Of a DNA stretch of 64,000 nucleotides, positions 46,513-57,533 are shown in pieces. Position numbers and translations under genes: made by a program. The stretch spans positions 122,016,001 to 122,080,000 of the forward strand of contig NC_135656.1 of the NCBI RefSeq assembly GCF_964188315.1. Reading direction: 5' to 3'. The notes under the pieces are model-generated. The model was not told the DNA's origin. It made no database searches and saw only the letters and a list, made by a program, of their open reading frames with translations. Position 1 is the stretch's first letter. Every line of letters starts with the position of its first letter. The stretch is from Podarcis muralis (taxonomy: Eukaryota).

Positions 46513-49175
46513 TAATACCCCACCCATCTGGGCGGCTCCCAATCGAGTGTCAAAAACAATACAGCATTAAATATTAAAAACTTCCCTAAACAGGGCTGCC
46601 TTCAGATGTCTTTTAAAGATAAGATAGCTGTTTATTTCTTTCACATCTGATGGGAGGGCGTTCCACAGGGCGGGTGCCACTACCAAGAAGGCCCTCTGTC
46701 TGGTTCCCTGTAACCTCACTTCTCACAGACTCTGGGGTTGTGCGCCCATCTCACTCTAGAGGCCGGGAGCCAGCGCTGTCCGCAGACACTTCCGGGTCAC
46801 GTGGCCAGCGTGACAAGCTGCATCTGGCAAGCCGGCGCAGCACACGGAATGCCGTTTACCTTCCCGCTAGTAAGTGGTCCCTATTTATCTACTTGCACCC
46901 AGGGGTGCTTTCGAACTGCTAGGTTGGCAGGCGCTGGGACCGAGCGACAGGAGCACACCCCACCACGGGGATTCAAACCGCCGACCTTCTGATCGGCAAG
47001 TCCTAGGCGCTGAGGCTTTTACCCACAGCGCCACCCGCGTCCCCAACAAGATAATATAGAGGGACATAAATAATCATCAACAACAATAAAACATTATGAT
47101 CACCAAGTCATTCAATTTGCCACTTTCAGATCTCCCATAGATCAGTTTTAAAAAGAGAGAGGAGGGAGAAGAGGAGAGAAGGAGGAAAATGTTAAAATTA
47201 AAATATAAACATAACTGAAATGCGTGGTAAAACAATTACATTGAATCAATACAGTGGACGCTCAGGTTGCGAACATGATCCGTGTAGGCACGTTCGCAAC
47301 CCACAGCACCACATGATTCGGCACTTCTGCGCATGCACAAAGCGCAATTTAGTGCTTCTGCCGAAACCCGGAAGTAACCTGTTCTGGTACTTCCAGGTTC
47401 GGTGTGGTGCGCAACCCGAAAACGCGCAACCTGAAGCGTCTGTAGCCTGAGGTATGACTGTACATTAATTAAAACAGGAGACAAGATGGGATTCGACTCC
47501 ATTGTGTGTACAGAACAAGATCTACTATTGCAGTGGGATTTTTCCCTCTCCCCAAAGCCTGCTAAATCTGTTCTGGAGAGTTAAGAGAAAACTCCAAACA
47601 GATTTAATCCTGTCGTGCAAACGGAACTTGCTCCGTGCAGTCAAACCCAGCTTAGAGTTATGGTGAATTCAACCCTCAGGCTGAGAGAGGAATAAGCTCT
47701 GGGAGTTGTGGGGGTAGGACCCACACTCAGAGATGGACAGGCACCCCCCACAGGCAAGATCAGCGACTCATTAATTACAGGCTTCCACAAAAAGGAAGAA
47801 GGAGACCTAGACTTTTTCCTGGAGAACGTCATAGCACCCAGAAACTCAAGGAACGGGAAAGCCTCCCTTACCCAGCGACACGTCTTGAGTCCGAATCTCT
47901 GGCGCGATTCCCAAACAGAGTGACTTCTTGCAGGCATTAGGAACGTCCTTTTCTGACTCGAGGGAATCAGCAACCGCTTGTGGGAGGGACCGCGGCACCT
48001 GAAACAGCAACCAAGATTTTATTCAGGGAGCAGGGAAGAAAACTAGGGGACTGGGATGGATTTTCACCATCTTCTTCTTCCAGCTCTGCAAAACTCTGCA
48101 GGACTCAGTGGCGATGGAACAGGAACACAGGAAGCAGAGAATGGCCCACCTGCCACCAGGGCGGATTTGATTTAAATCAAATTGATTTAAATCACGATTT
48201 ATATCATGATTTAAATCACGATTTATATCATGATTTAAATCACAATTTATATCATGATTTAAATCACTAGTAGCTTTTACAGTTATATCAAAAATTACTG
48301 ATTTGGTTATACTATTAGAAATACTGTATTTCTAATACTATTAGAAATAATGAAATTACAGTGGTACCTTGGATTACATACGTTTCAGGATACATACGCT
48401 TCAGGTTAGAGACTCCACTAACCCAGAAATAGTGCTTCAGGTTAAGAACTTTGCTTCAGGATGAGAACAGAAATTGTGCTCTGGCGGTGTGGCGGCAGCA
48501 GGAGGCCCCATTAGCTAAAGTGGTGCTTCAGGTTAAGAACAGTTTCAGGTTAAGAACGGACCTCCAGAACAAATTACCGTATTTTTTGCACCATAACACT
48601 CACTTTTTTCCTCCTAAAAAGTAAGGGGAAATGTCTGTGCGTGTTATGGAGGGAATGCCTACGGGTGGCATGCCTACGGATTTTCCTCCTCTAAAAACTA
48701 CGTGTGTGTTATGATCGGGTGCGTGTTATAGAGCGAAAAATACGGTAAGTCTATTGTGAGGTTGGCTGTTTACATTTGGACAACTTTCCTGCTGTACTTT
48801 ATCAGAAGGAGAAAAATCATCATATCCTTAATAATAATTTAAACAGTTTATTTAACTAAAACAATAACATTATTGCATATGTATCCATGTTTGTTAACTG
48901 ATGTGATTAAATAATTTTATTTTTTTTAACGGAGTTTTAGCACACATGAAAAACTTAAAACAAATCCTTATTTCCTGATAGTCTTTCCTTACTTCCTTAT
49001 AGCCTTTGGACTGTAATGTAACTTAAATAGAAAACTGTCTTTAGGAAGATTTTCCTCCAAAAGCATCTTATTTTAAAAATCTGATTTAAATTTAAAAAAT
49101 CCAATTTAAATCCAAAAAATCTTATTTAAATGAAACAAACCAGATAGGCAGGATATAAATAATTAATTATTATAA

Positions 49176-49216
<41 letters not shown>

Positions 49217-50442
49217 CCTGGAGACCTAGAGATGTGACGATAGACTGCGCTGCCGCCTTTCTTTTAGCAAATGTTTTGTGACACTGGGGAAGGTTACTGA
49301 TTGCCAAAAATTGGAAAAGCAGCAGCGTCCCAACTAAAACAAACTGGTTATCTAAAATGATGGAATACTTCCATACTGCCGAACTAACAGGGAGGATAAG
49401 AGGAGATATGGTACAAAAAGTGAATAAGGAGTGGGCTATCTTTAAGGATGTATGGAAGTGAGAGCTGGACCATAAAGAAGGTTGATCGCCGAAGAATTGA
49501 TGCTTTTGAATTCTGATGCTGGAGGAGATGGTTGGACAGTGTTCTCGAAGCTACAAACATGAGTCTGACCAAACTGCGGGAGGCAGTGGAAGACAGGAGT
49601 GCCTGGCGTGCTCTGGTCCAGGGGGTCACGAAGAGTCGGACACGACTAAACGACTAAACAACAACAACAATCTTTAAGGAATACATCAAAATTTATGTGG
49701 AAAAAGTAGAATTTCTGACAGATACTGAGTGAATCCAGAAAATGATTAGAGCGAAAGGAGAGTAAAGTTAAGATAAAAGAAGAGATTGAAGAAGTAATGA
49801 AATGTGTCTAAGCCAGTTGGAAAAATAAAGTAGCGTAACAAGAACGGGTGGAAGTCAAGTCACTTGGTAGGTGTCCGTATGGGGTAGGTGTGTAGGTATG
49901 TTGATATGTATAGTATAGGTAGGTATTATATAGGGTAATGTAGGTATGTTTTATATTAGGAAAATTTGATAGTTTGTTGTGTTCATGTATTGTGTAAATG
50001 TATATGTATTTTGATAATAAAAAAGATGGAAATATTCTCTCACCTGTTTCTCCTCTCCCTGCTTCTTCCCCTCCACCTGGCTCAGGAGGAAGCCTTCGGC
50101 CAAGGCCACCGCCTGGGAGCTGGTCTCCGCTCCGCACTCCCTGACCCAGTTCTCCATCTCCGGGGGGAGGACAGCCAGGAACTGCTCCAGGATCACCAGG
50201 TCCAGCATCTGGGCCTTGGTGAGCCTTTCCGGCTTCAGCCACCGACGGCAGAGACTGTGGAGTCGGCTGCAAACCTCTCGGGGTCCCTTGGCCTCCTGGT
50301 AGAGTAACCCTCTGAAGCGCTGGCGTTGGTCATCAGAGCTGGCATCGTCCACCCCCGGGATCTCTGGGACAGACTTTTCCCCGTACGTCCCACGGCTCCC
50401 AATCTCAACAGCGTCAGGGCCAGCTGCGGTTCGCTCCTCCAT
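43015..50442 (-). CDS. SCAN-KRAB-C2H2 zinc finger protein (ZKSCAN-like), ~569 aa, 10 fingers
   Basis: SCAN exon 50442-50044 (gcgaagATGg; [19 protein letters not shown]...WLKPE...LVILEQFL; CAG|GTGAGA). KRAB-A exon 45358-45232 (127 nt, [25 protein letters not shown]). Finger exon 44198-43015 (10 C2H2 with TGEKP linkers). Phases 0 and 1 join in frame; extra small exons cannot be excluded. Confidence 0.85.
44842..45082. mobile_element. pogo/Tigger-like MITE
   Basis: TA|CAGTGGTACCTTGG ... CCAAGTTACCACTG|TA. Confidence 0.75.
45863..46061. mobile_element. pogo/Tigger-like MITE (degenerate)
   Basis: TA|CAGTCGTACCTTGG ... CTACGACTG|TA. Confidence 0.65.
46070..46265 (+). mobile_element. CR1 3' fragment
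   Basis: ATTAGGAAGAATTTTCTGACGATAAGAGCTG...CCTGCATTGCAGGGGGCTGGACTAG. Confidence 0.65.
46470..46725 (-). mobile_element. L2 3' fragment
   Basis: (AAT)n then AGGGCTGCCTTCAGATGTC...GGGAGGGCGTTCCACAGGGCGGGTGCCACTACC. Confidence 0.75.
46726..47043 (-). mobile_element. Sauria SINE (same subfamily as 21498-21860), tail lost
   Basis: Reverse of GGGACGCGGGTGGCGCTGTGGGTAAAAGCCTCAGCGCCTAGG. Confidence 0.85.
47252..47460. mobile_element. pogo/Tigger-like MITE
   Basis: TA|CAGTGGACGCTCAGGTTGCGAAC ... CCTGAGGTATGACTG|TA; related copy at 51002-51246. Confidence 0.7.
48359..48576 (+). mobile_element. pogo/Tigger-like MITE (9778 family), right TIR lost
   Basis: Colinear with 9778-10019 up to ...GAACAAATTA. 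Confidence 0.8.
48577..48745 (+). mobile_element. Short Tc2-like MITE nested in the previous element
   Basis: TA|CCGTATTTTTTGCACCATAACAC ... TATAGAGCGAAAAATACGG|TA. Confidence 0.8.
49449..49669 (+). mobile_element. RTE-BovB LINE 3' end, inserted in an L1 relic
   Basis: GAGAGCTGGACCATAAAGAAG...GATGCTTTTGAATT...GGGGTCACGAAGAGTCGGACACGACT..(CAA)n; 11-bp TSD ATCTTTAAGGA. Confidence 0.88.
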
Positions 50443-51001
50443 CTTCGCTCTGTACACCAAGGCGGCTTCCGAGATCGCCGTAAATATATTCTCCCGCCAA
50501 TTTCTCTCTTGTTAAAGCCAAGAGCTGTCCGGCTCGGAGGCTTGCAAAGGGATGGAGTTCTTCTGCGTGGAGCAAAGGTATTTTCGCAAGCAGGTGCGGA
50601 CGATTCCAGCTAGCTACCAACTGGCTTCTGCCTGCAGGAAAAACAGACAAATGTTAAGGCTCAGTGAGAAACCAGAGATTGAAGAGCTGTTTGGGGGGGA
50701 AAATTAAAAATACTGTTTGTAATGCTGTAACCCACCCTGGCACCTTAGCGTGAATGGCAGGGTAATAAGTAAATAAGTTATGCACCCACATGCGGTGGTT
50801 TTGCCTCTAGGTCGCTACAGTGTTGGCGATGCAATCTTTGATCGCATTTCTAAAATCAAGAACTGGGCCACCCACAAAGTAGCCCCTTCTCTTGTTTTCC
50901 CTGGCCTCAAACTCCTCCATAAATATCTTATTCATTTCCTCTTGGCTGCAGCCAGATCAACAGCTGGAGGCTGAAAAACGTCCTTTGGTTTTTTATTATT
51001 A

Positions 51002-51246
51002 CAGTGATACCTCTGGTTGCGAACAGGATCCGTTCCAGAGTCCCGTTCGCAACCTGAAAAGAACGCAACCCACGTCTGCGCAGGTCGCGATTCGCCGCTT
51101 CTGTGCATGCGTGTGACGTCATTTTGTGCATCTGCGCATGCGTGAGTGGCGAAACCCAGAAGTAACCCGTTCCATTACTTCCGAGTCACCACGGGACACA
51201 ACCTGAAACGCACAACCTGAAGCAAACGTAACATGAGGTATGACTG
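51002..51246. mobile_element. pogo/Tigger-like MITE
   Basis: TA|CAGTGATACCTC ... GAGGTATGACTG|TA. Confidence 0.7.
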
Positions 51247-51361
51247 TATTACTATTATTACCTCAGTTGTCGAACGGAATCCTGTCTGGAAGTTCGACTT
51301 CCTCAACGTTTGAGAACCAAGGCGCAATGGGCAGGCGGCAAATTCCATTGAGAAAATTGTG

Positions 51362-51660
51362 AAACATTGTTCATGTATGCAACAACGGCAGCCAGAATAT
51401 TAGTGGCAAGAAATTGGAAAAATGAAGCAATACCTACGATAGCAGAGTGGCAAGCCCTAATGATAGAATATCTCCAGCTAGCCAAGATGACAGGGAGAGT
51501 AAGAGATCAATCGAAACAGAGTGTATATAAAGAATGGAGAATATTTAAAGTATACCTAAAAAACTATTGTAAGAATAAGAATCTCCTGGCAGAACTAGAG
51601 TGATTCTTGTAAATAAAAGGTGGAAATGATATTGTGTTTGCATGTACGAAAATGATTAAG
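51362..51660 (+). mobile_element. L1-clade LINE 3' fragment
   Basis: LFMYATTAARILVARNWK...PTIAEWQ..M.EY..LAKMTGR. Confidence 0.7.
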
Positions 51661-52020
51661 TTAATTTGAGACTGTGCATTATAAAGGAAAGGAAAGATAC
51701 AGTGGTACTTCAGGTTACAGACTCTGCTAACCCAGAAATAGTGCTTCAGGTTAAGAAATTTGCTTCAGGATGAGAACAGAAATTGTGTGGCGGCAGCAGG
51801 AGGCCCCATTAGCTAAAGTGGTGCTTCAGGTTAAGAACGGACCTCCGGAACGAATTACCGTATTTTTCGCCCTATAAGACGCACTTTTTCCCCTTCAAAA
51901 ATGAAGGGGAAATGTGTGTGCGTCTTATGGGGCGAATGCAGGCTTTCGCTGAAGCCTGGAGAGCGAGAGGTGTCGGTGCGCACCGACACCTCTCACTCTC
52001 CAGGCTCCAGGAAGCTATCC

Positions 52021-52800
52021 GCAAGCCTTGCACGCCCGGGGGAACTCCCCCCGGGCGCGCAAGGCTTGCGGGCGGCAGCCTGCAGCGCGGAGCGCGGGGC
52101 GCCCTTCGGAGGACGCCCCGTGCTTCGCGCTGGTGTCCACAAGCCTTGGGCGCCTGAGGGAACTCCGCCCGGGCGCGCAAGGCTTGCGGGCGGCAGCCTG
52201 CAGCGCGGAGCGCCCTTCGGAGGACGCCCCGCGCTTCGCGCAGCTGTCCGCAAGCCTTGGGCGCCTGGGGGAACTCCGCCCGGGCGCGCAAGGCTTGCGG
52301 GCGGCAGCCTGCAGCGCGGAGCGCGGGGCGCCCTTCGGAGGATGCCCCGTGCATCGCGCAGCTGTCCGCAAGCCTTGGGCGCCTGGGGGAACTCCGCCCG
52401 GGCGCGCAAGGCTTGCGGGCGGCAGCCTGCAGCGCGGAGCGCGGGGCGCCCTTCGGAGGATGCCCCGTGCATCGCGCAGCTGTCCGCAAGCCTTGGGCGC
52501 CAGGGGGAACTCCGCCCGGGCGCGCAAGGCTTGCGGGCGGCAGCCTGCAGCGCGGAGCGCCCTTTGGAGGACGCCCCGTGCTTCGCGCAGCTGTCCGCAA
52601 GCCTTGGGGGCCTGGGGGAACTCCCCCCGGGCGCGCATGCCTTGCGGGCGGCAGCCTGCAGCGCGGAGCGCGGGGCGCCCTTCGGAGGACGCCCTGTGCT
52701 TCGTGTAGGTGTCCGCAAGCCTTGCGCGCCCGGGGGAACTCCCCCCGGGCATGCACGGCTTGCGGGCGGCAGCCGGCAGCGCGGAGCACGGGGCGCCCTC
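52021..52800. repeat. CpG-rich minisatellite, ~118/111-bp unit, about 6.5 copies
   Basis: Unit starts (GCAAGCCTTG) near 52021, 52139, 52250, 52368, 52486, 52597 and 52715. Confidence 0.92.
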
Positions 52801-52807
52801 CGTAGGA

Positions 52808-53015
52808 GGCTGCGGAGGGTGGCGCGGAGCTGCCCGCGCTCCAGGGCTTCTTGCAGCTCCACGCCACCCTCCGGATCCCAGCGCGAAGGCGCGGGGCTGC
52901 GGAGGGTGGCACGGAGCTGCCTGCGCTCCAGGGCTTCTTGCAGCTCCGCGCCACCTTCTGGATCCTGGCGCGAAGCCGCGCGGGGCTCCGGAGGGTAGCG
53001 CAGAGCTGCCTGCAT
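52808..53015. repeat. Second GC-rich tandem, 87-89-bp unit, about 2.4 copies
   Basis: GGCT.CGGAGGGT starts at 52808, 52895 and 52984; the complete units fold into a 21-bp stem. Confidence 0.85.
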
Positions 53016-53848
53016 CCCGAAGCCTGGTGCGCGCTGAAGAGCGCCCCCGGGCTTCACGCACCTCTCCGCAAGCCTGGGGAGACCAGTGTGGCTCCCTAGG
53101 CTTGCGGATATCAGGCTGTTCTGGGGGCTGGGGTCGGGGGAAGCTCGGGCTTCCCCCGCGCCTGCCCCGTGCCTGGGGAGGGGAAAAATTTTTTTTTCTT
53201 TATTCTCCCCCCCCAAAAATTAGGTGCGTCCTATGGGGCGGTGCGTCCTATGGGGCGGTGCGTCCTATGGGGCGAAAAATACGGTAAGTACTTAACCTGA
53301 GGTACCACTGCATACCTGAATGAGCGTCTCCAACCCCATTGTACAGCCCGGACACTGAGATCCAGCTCAGAAAGCCTTCTGGCAGTTCCCTCCCTGCGAG
53401 AAGCTTTAAATATACAGTGTGATGGCTTCCTCTTTTCAAATTTACACAGCAGGAAACAGAGATTTGCTCAATTAAATGCGGATTCAAGCATTCCGTTGCC
53501 TTGGGGGGGCCGGGTTTATTACATTTTTATTTTCTCCTTTTTGCAGTTTGTAACTGTCTTTGCGGGAGGAGGGTTATGGGTTATTCTCTGCCTTTTGTGT
53601 TCTCGTTTTGTATTTTTATGTTGTCAACCGCCCTGCGATTTTCAGGAAACGGGTGGTATACAAAATTCATAACTAATCATAAAAATAATAACAACGTGAG
53701 AAGGTTTGAGCTCTGCAAGCAAAACGAAGTGGGGGGAATTGCTTCAAGCACCGTGCAAGCTTTCCGCAAAGCGAAGTAAATCAGGTTTAGGGCTCAAGAA
53801 AGGAGACCTTCTGGAGAGGGTCCAAAAAGTCTGGCTTTTAATTTATAT

Positions 53849-54097
53849 CATGGGTAGGCAACCTAAGGCCCGGGGGCCGGATCCGGCCCAATCGCCTTCT
53901 AAATCCGGCCCGTGGACGGACCGGGAACCAGCGTGTTTTGACATGACTAGAATGTGTGCTTTTATTTAAAATGCACCTCTGGGTTATTTATGGGGCATAG
54001 GAATTCGTTCATTTCCCCCCCAAAATATAGTCTGCCCCCCCCCAAGGTCTGAGGGACAGTGGACCGGCCCCCTGCCGAAAGAGTTTGCTGACTCCTG
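53849..54097. mobile_element. hAT (Charlie-like) MITE
   Basis: CATGGGTAGGCAAC ... TTTGCTGACTCCTG; perfect 8-bp TSD ATTTATAT. Confidence 0.85.
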
Positions 54098-54326
54098 ATT
54101 TATATTAATAGTGGGCCTTTGGCGACAGTTGTGCAAACCTGTAGATCCCGTATGCGTTTGAATCCCTGCCCCCACCCCCAATAGTGACAGCCTGGAGGTG
54201 CCCCCCCCCCCGCGTCTCCCTTTGTAGGGACTGAAAAAAGAGGGGTGGTGCAGGAGATCCCTGTCTGCCTCCTTCTGCCTGCCTTGGGCTTCTCTCCCCA
54301 CGGGACCCGACCAAAGCCCACTCCTC

Positions 54327-54459
54327 TGCAATGCATTGCATTGCAACAATGCAACGTATTGCAACGCTGTAATGCGATGCATTGCAACAATGCAATTCAC
54401 TGCATTGCAACAATGCAATGCAATTGCAACAATGCAATGCAATTGCAACAATGCAATGC
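54327..54459. repeat. TGCAA/TTGCA-based minisatellite (19-bp unit AATTGCAACAATGCAATGC)
   Basis: Two perfect units at 54422-54459, a near-perfect one at 54403-54421 and degenerate ones upstream. Confidence 0.85.
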
Positions 54460-54528
54460 CGTCCCCTGCTCTCCTCGGAGCTATTTCCCTCCCTGGGGAA
54501 TCGCCCCTTCCCGGAGAGGCCCCTTTGC

Positions 54529-54735
54529 ACTCACCAGATGCTCTTTTGCCAGGGGAATGGTGGCAGGAGGGGTGGGGGTGGCGCAGGCAGGAAGTGGGCC
54601 TTCCTCTTTCTTCTGAGGCGCCTCTCTAGGAAGGACGACTCTCTCGCGTTAACCTTTAGACTGCTGAATTCCCCCCCACCCACACACACACCCCGCAAGT
54701 TTGCTCGTAGAGGAGCGCGTTGCCTTGCGTTGCCC
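54529..54735 (-). promoter_or_regulatory. Candidate promoter and non-coding first exon of the SCAN-KRAB gene
   Basis: GC/CpG-rich non-repeat patch with a consensus minus-strand donor G|GTGAGT (exon end 54535) and an ETS-like CAGGAAGT. A matching acceptor TTTTTCCTGCAG| opens the SCAN exon at 50631. Confidence 0.4.
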
Positions 54736-54815
54736 GTTCTTCTATTATTATTTTTTAAAGGCTTCTAGTTAATTTTACTTGCTCATGTTTTATTTTGATG
54801 TGAAGTGGCTTTGAG

Positions 54816-54816
<1 letters not shown>

Positions 54817-54850
<34 letters not shown>
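54817..54850. repeat. (GT)n microsatellite
   Basis: About 16 GT units. Confidence 0.9.
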
Positions 54851-54854
<4 letters not shown>

Positions 54855-55486
54855 GAAGCAGCCCAATGCAATATAAAAAAATAAGCAGGACGTTTGAAGC
54901 ACCAAAAAATTGTAAAATTGTAATTGTAAAATGAATGAATGTTAGAAGGTTGTTGGAAAGAAATTAATCGGCTTTAGTAGAAACGTTATTAAGAATTAAG
55001 TAAGAATAGAATGATTATAGGTAAAGGTGTAAAATTTGAAGTTAAACTGTGTTAAGAGGAATTATGGAACTAGATCAGTGAAAGAGGGAAAGAACTTTCT
55101 GACAACTAATAGAACTGGAATACAAAGAGGGAGGTGTGAGGAAGTCAAGGAAATAAGTAAATGAAAGTTAAGGTTATGAAAATAGGTGGTTTTTTTCGTT
55201 TTTTTCTTTTTTAATAATGTTTTTGTTTCTAAAATGTTTTTCTTTTTCCCCCCTTCTTTTTTCTAGTATTTTTTCTTTCTTCCTTTTTATTGTAATTTTT
55301 TATTGCTTGTTTTTCTTTTTTCTGTAGTTGTTAAACTTGAATAAATATTATAAAACAAAACAAACAAACAAAAGCACCAAAAAGGAATCCCATGAACTGT
55401 TGTTTAACCCGTACAGAACTGCAAGCCCCAGCACCCTTAGAAAACTACAGTTCCCATGATTATTTCTGGGAGGGCATGTTTTAAAC

Positions 55487-55625
55487 CGGGGTTTCCCAAA
55501 CTTGGATCTTCAGCTGCTTTTGGACTACAATTCCCATCATCCCTGACCACTGGTCCTGCTAGCTAGGAATGATGGGAGTTGTAGTCTTAAAAAAACAGCT
55601 GGCGACCCAAGTTTGGGGAACACGG
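55487..55625. mobile_element. hAT-like MITE
   Basis: GGGTTTCCCAAACTTGG ... CCAAGTTTGGGGAACAC; internal GACTACAATTCCCATCA...TGATGGGAGTTGTAGTC hairpin. Confidence 0.7.
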
Positions 55626-55899
55626 ATTTAAATGTATGGCGCACAAGAACGAGAGAGAAAAGTCGCTCAGACAAAACTTTCGAGCTTTTCTAGCCTTTCT
55701 AGATTTTATCTCTTGTCTCCTAAACTCCTTCCTGAAACTCTGGTGAGCTGCCTCATTGGCTCAACCACATTCATACTGTACAAATTTTTGTTAAAGGTCC
55801 AAAGAGTTGTTAAGAGATCCTTCCCTCGCAGAGCTATGATTGTCAGAGTTCCCAGCCAGATGGTCGGGGTATAAATAATAAATTATTGCTGTTGTTGTT

Positions 55900-56790
55900 A
55901 GGAATGGAATGTTGTCATGAAAATGATGTACAGATGGTATTTATCACCGGTTAAATTGGCAAAAATGTATAAAAACGAAAAGAAAGAGTGTTGGAGATGT
56001 GAAACAGAAGGTACGTTCTATCATATGTGGTGGGATTGTAAGAAGGTAAAATCCTACTGGGAAATGATATACAATGAATTGAAGAAAATGTTTAAAAAAT
56101 AACTTAGAAGGTACGTTCTATCATATGTGGTGGGACTGTAAGAAGGTAAAATCCTACTGGGAAATGATATACAATGAATTGAAGAAAATGTTTAAAAAAT
56201 AACTTTTGTAAAAAAAAATACAGAAGCCTTTTTATTAGGTATTTTAGGTCAAGACATACCAAAGGAAAGGAGGACGTTATTTATGTATGCCACTACAGCA
56301 GCAAGAATGTTGACTGCACAAAATTGGAAGACTGGAGAAATACCAACTAAAGAACAGTGGCAAGAAAAGTTGATGAACTATGCAGAACTGGCAAAAATGA
56401 CAGATAGATTAAGAGAAAAGGACAACAGAGACTTTGAAAAAGATTGGGAACCATTCAGATTATATTTGCAGAAACAAAGAAAGTCAATAGACTTGATGGC
56501 AGGATTAAAATAAACATTCACGTTAACAGCATCAGAAAATGTTTAGAAGATAGTGAAATAGAATGGTGTATTCACTTTTATCTTTATGTTTTTAGGTTTG
56601 ATGTTATGTCATTAATAACTTTTTCTGTTGAGAGATAGCAAAGTGGGTGAAAATAGAAACAAACCAGAAGCGGAAGTTGGGGGAAGCTTTGGAGGGGAGG
56701 GAGAGAGGAATATATAGTATATGTTAAGAATTTGAGATGTATGTAATGAATGAAAAAGAAAAATGAATTTAAGGAAAAAATATATTTTTT
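55900..56790 (+). mobile_element. L1-clade LINE 3' end (ORF2 C-terminus and UTR)
   Basis: MKMMYRWY...CWRC...[10 protein letters not shown]; TEAFLLGILG...LFMYATTAAR...; AT-rich tail; internal 100-bp tandem duplication. Confidence 0.8.
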
Positions 56791-57533
56791 TTAAAAAAAG
56801 GAATGGGATCCCAACCCTGCAAAGCAGGAAGCGATTCCCCCTCCCTCCAGCGGCCTCTGAAAAAAGGAAGCCCCCCCCCCCCCCGCCCCATCCATCCATA
56901 CAAAGTTTTTCTTCCAGTCTCCTGACAGTAGAACTCGTGGACATCCGAGGAAGCTAAAAATCGGAAGATTCCAGACAGATGAAAGAAAAAGTTTCTTCCT
57001 GCAGTGTGATGATAACCAATGGAACTCCTTGCGACAGGAGGCAGTGACGCTACCAACCTGCGTAGCTTTCAGGAGAGGTTCCCACAAATTCATGGAGGAG
57101 GAGAGGGCTATCGGTGGCTATTAGCCAAGAGGGCTCTGCTCTGCCTCTATGGCTGGAGGCACCAGTGCTTCTGAAGACGCTTCCTGCAATGCAGCGGGTT
57201 GGACTTGATGACCCTTGGTGTCCCTTCCCACGTTACAATTCTGTGGTTCTATGAATACCAGTTGCTGGAAAGCACAGGAGAGGAGAAAGCTGTTGGGCAT
57301 TGGTGGACCACTGTGAGAACATAGATGGCCCATTGCCCCGACCCAGCAGTTTTTAGATAGGTTTTTAGGGGTGGGACAGTGGCTCATGGGAGCTTCACAC
57401 CCTAAAATCCGCGGCAGAGCCCCGGAAGCCCCAGGTTTGATCTTCAGCATATCAAGGCTCCTCATCCACCGTAGAGTCATCGATAGACCCGCAGAATTGT
57501 AGAGGTGGAAGGGACACCAAGGATCGTCTAAAG

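Larger units (their letters stand above)
48157..49135 (+). mobile_element. hAT-like element with GATTTAAATC subterminal arrays
   Basis: Begins CAGGGCGGATTTGATTTAAATC; 7x12-bp array at 48184-48267; GATTTAAAT motifs again at ~49083-49130; hosts nested MITEs. Confidence 0.55.
51858..53284 (+). mobile_element. Tc2-like non-autonomous element carrying GC-rich tandem hairpin arrays
   Basis: TIR CCGTATTTTTCGCCC.ATA; TA TSD; GGTGCGTCCTATGGGGC subterminal repeats. Confidence 0.85.
51700..53310 (+). mobile_element. pogo/Tigger-like MITE (9778 family) split by a 1.43-kb insertion
   Basis: Left part 51700-51857 and right part 53285-53310 (TAAGTACTTAACCTGAGGTACCACTG) rejoin into the 9778-type element. 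Confidence 0.85.

Noticed and set aside
52021-52800. Possible CRISPR-like array
   Set aside because: The units are contiguous near-identical repeats with no unique spacers, there are no cas genes, and the context is a vertebrate genome.
51872-53287. Overlapping 180-407 aa ORFs on both strands
   Set aside because: These are stop-free frames of a very GC-rich tandem repeat inside a MITE. They give repetitive Ala/Arg/Gly/Pro translations, and several begin at non-ATG codons.
55917-56513. Small ORFs as host genes (also 30057-30293, 51367-51603, 59091-59555 and 60248-60574)
   Set aside because: They are fragments of LINE ORF2/RT C-termini (L1, Rex1/Babar, L2) with no endonuclease or RT core, so none is an active element.
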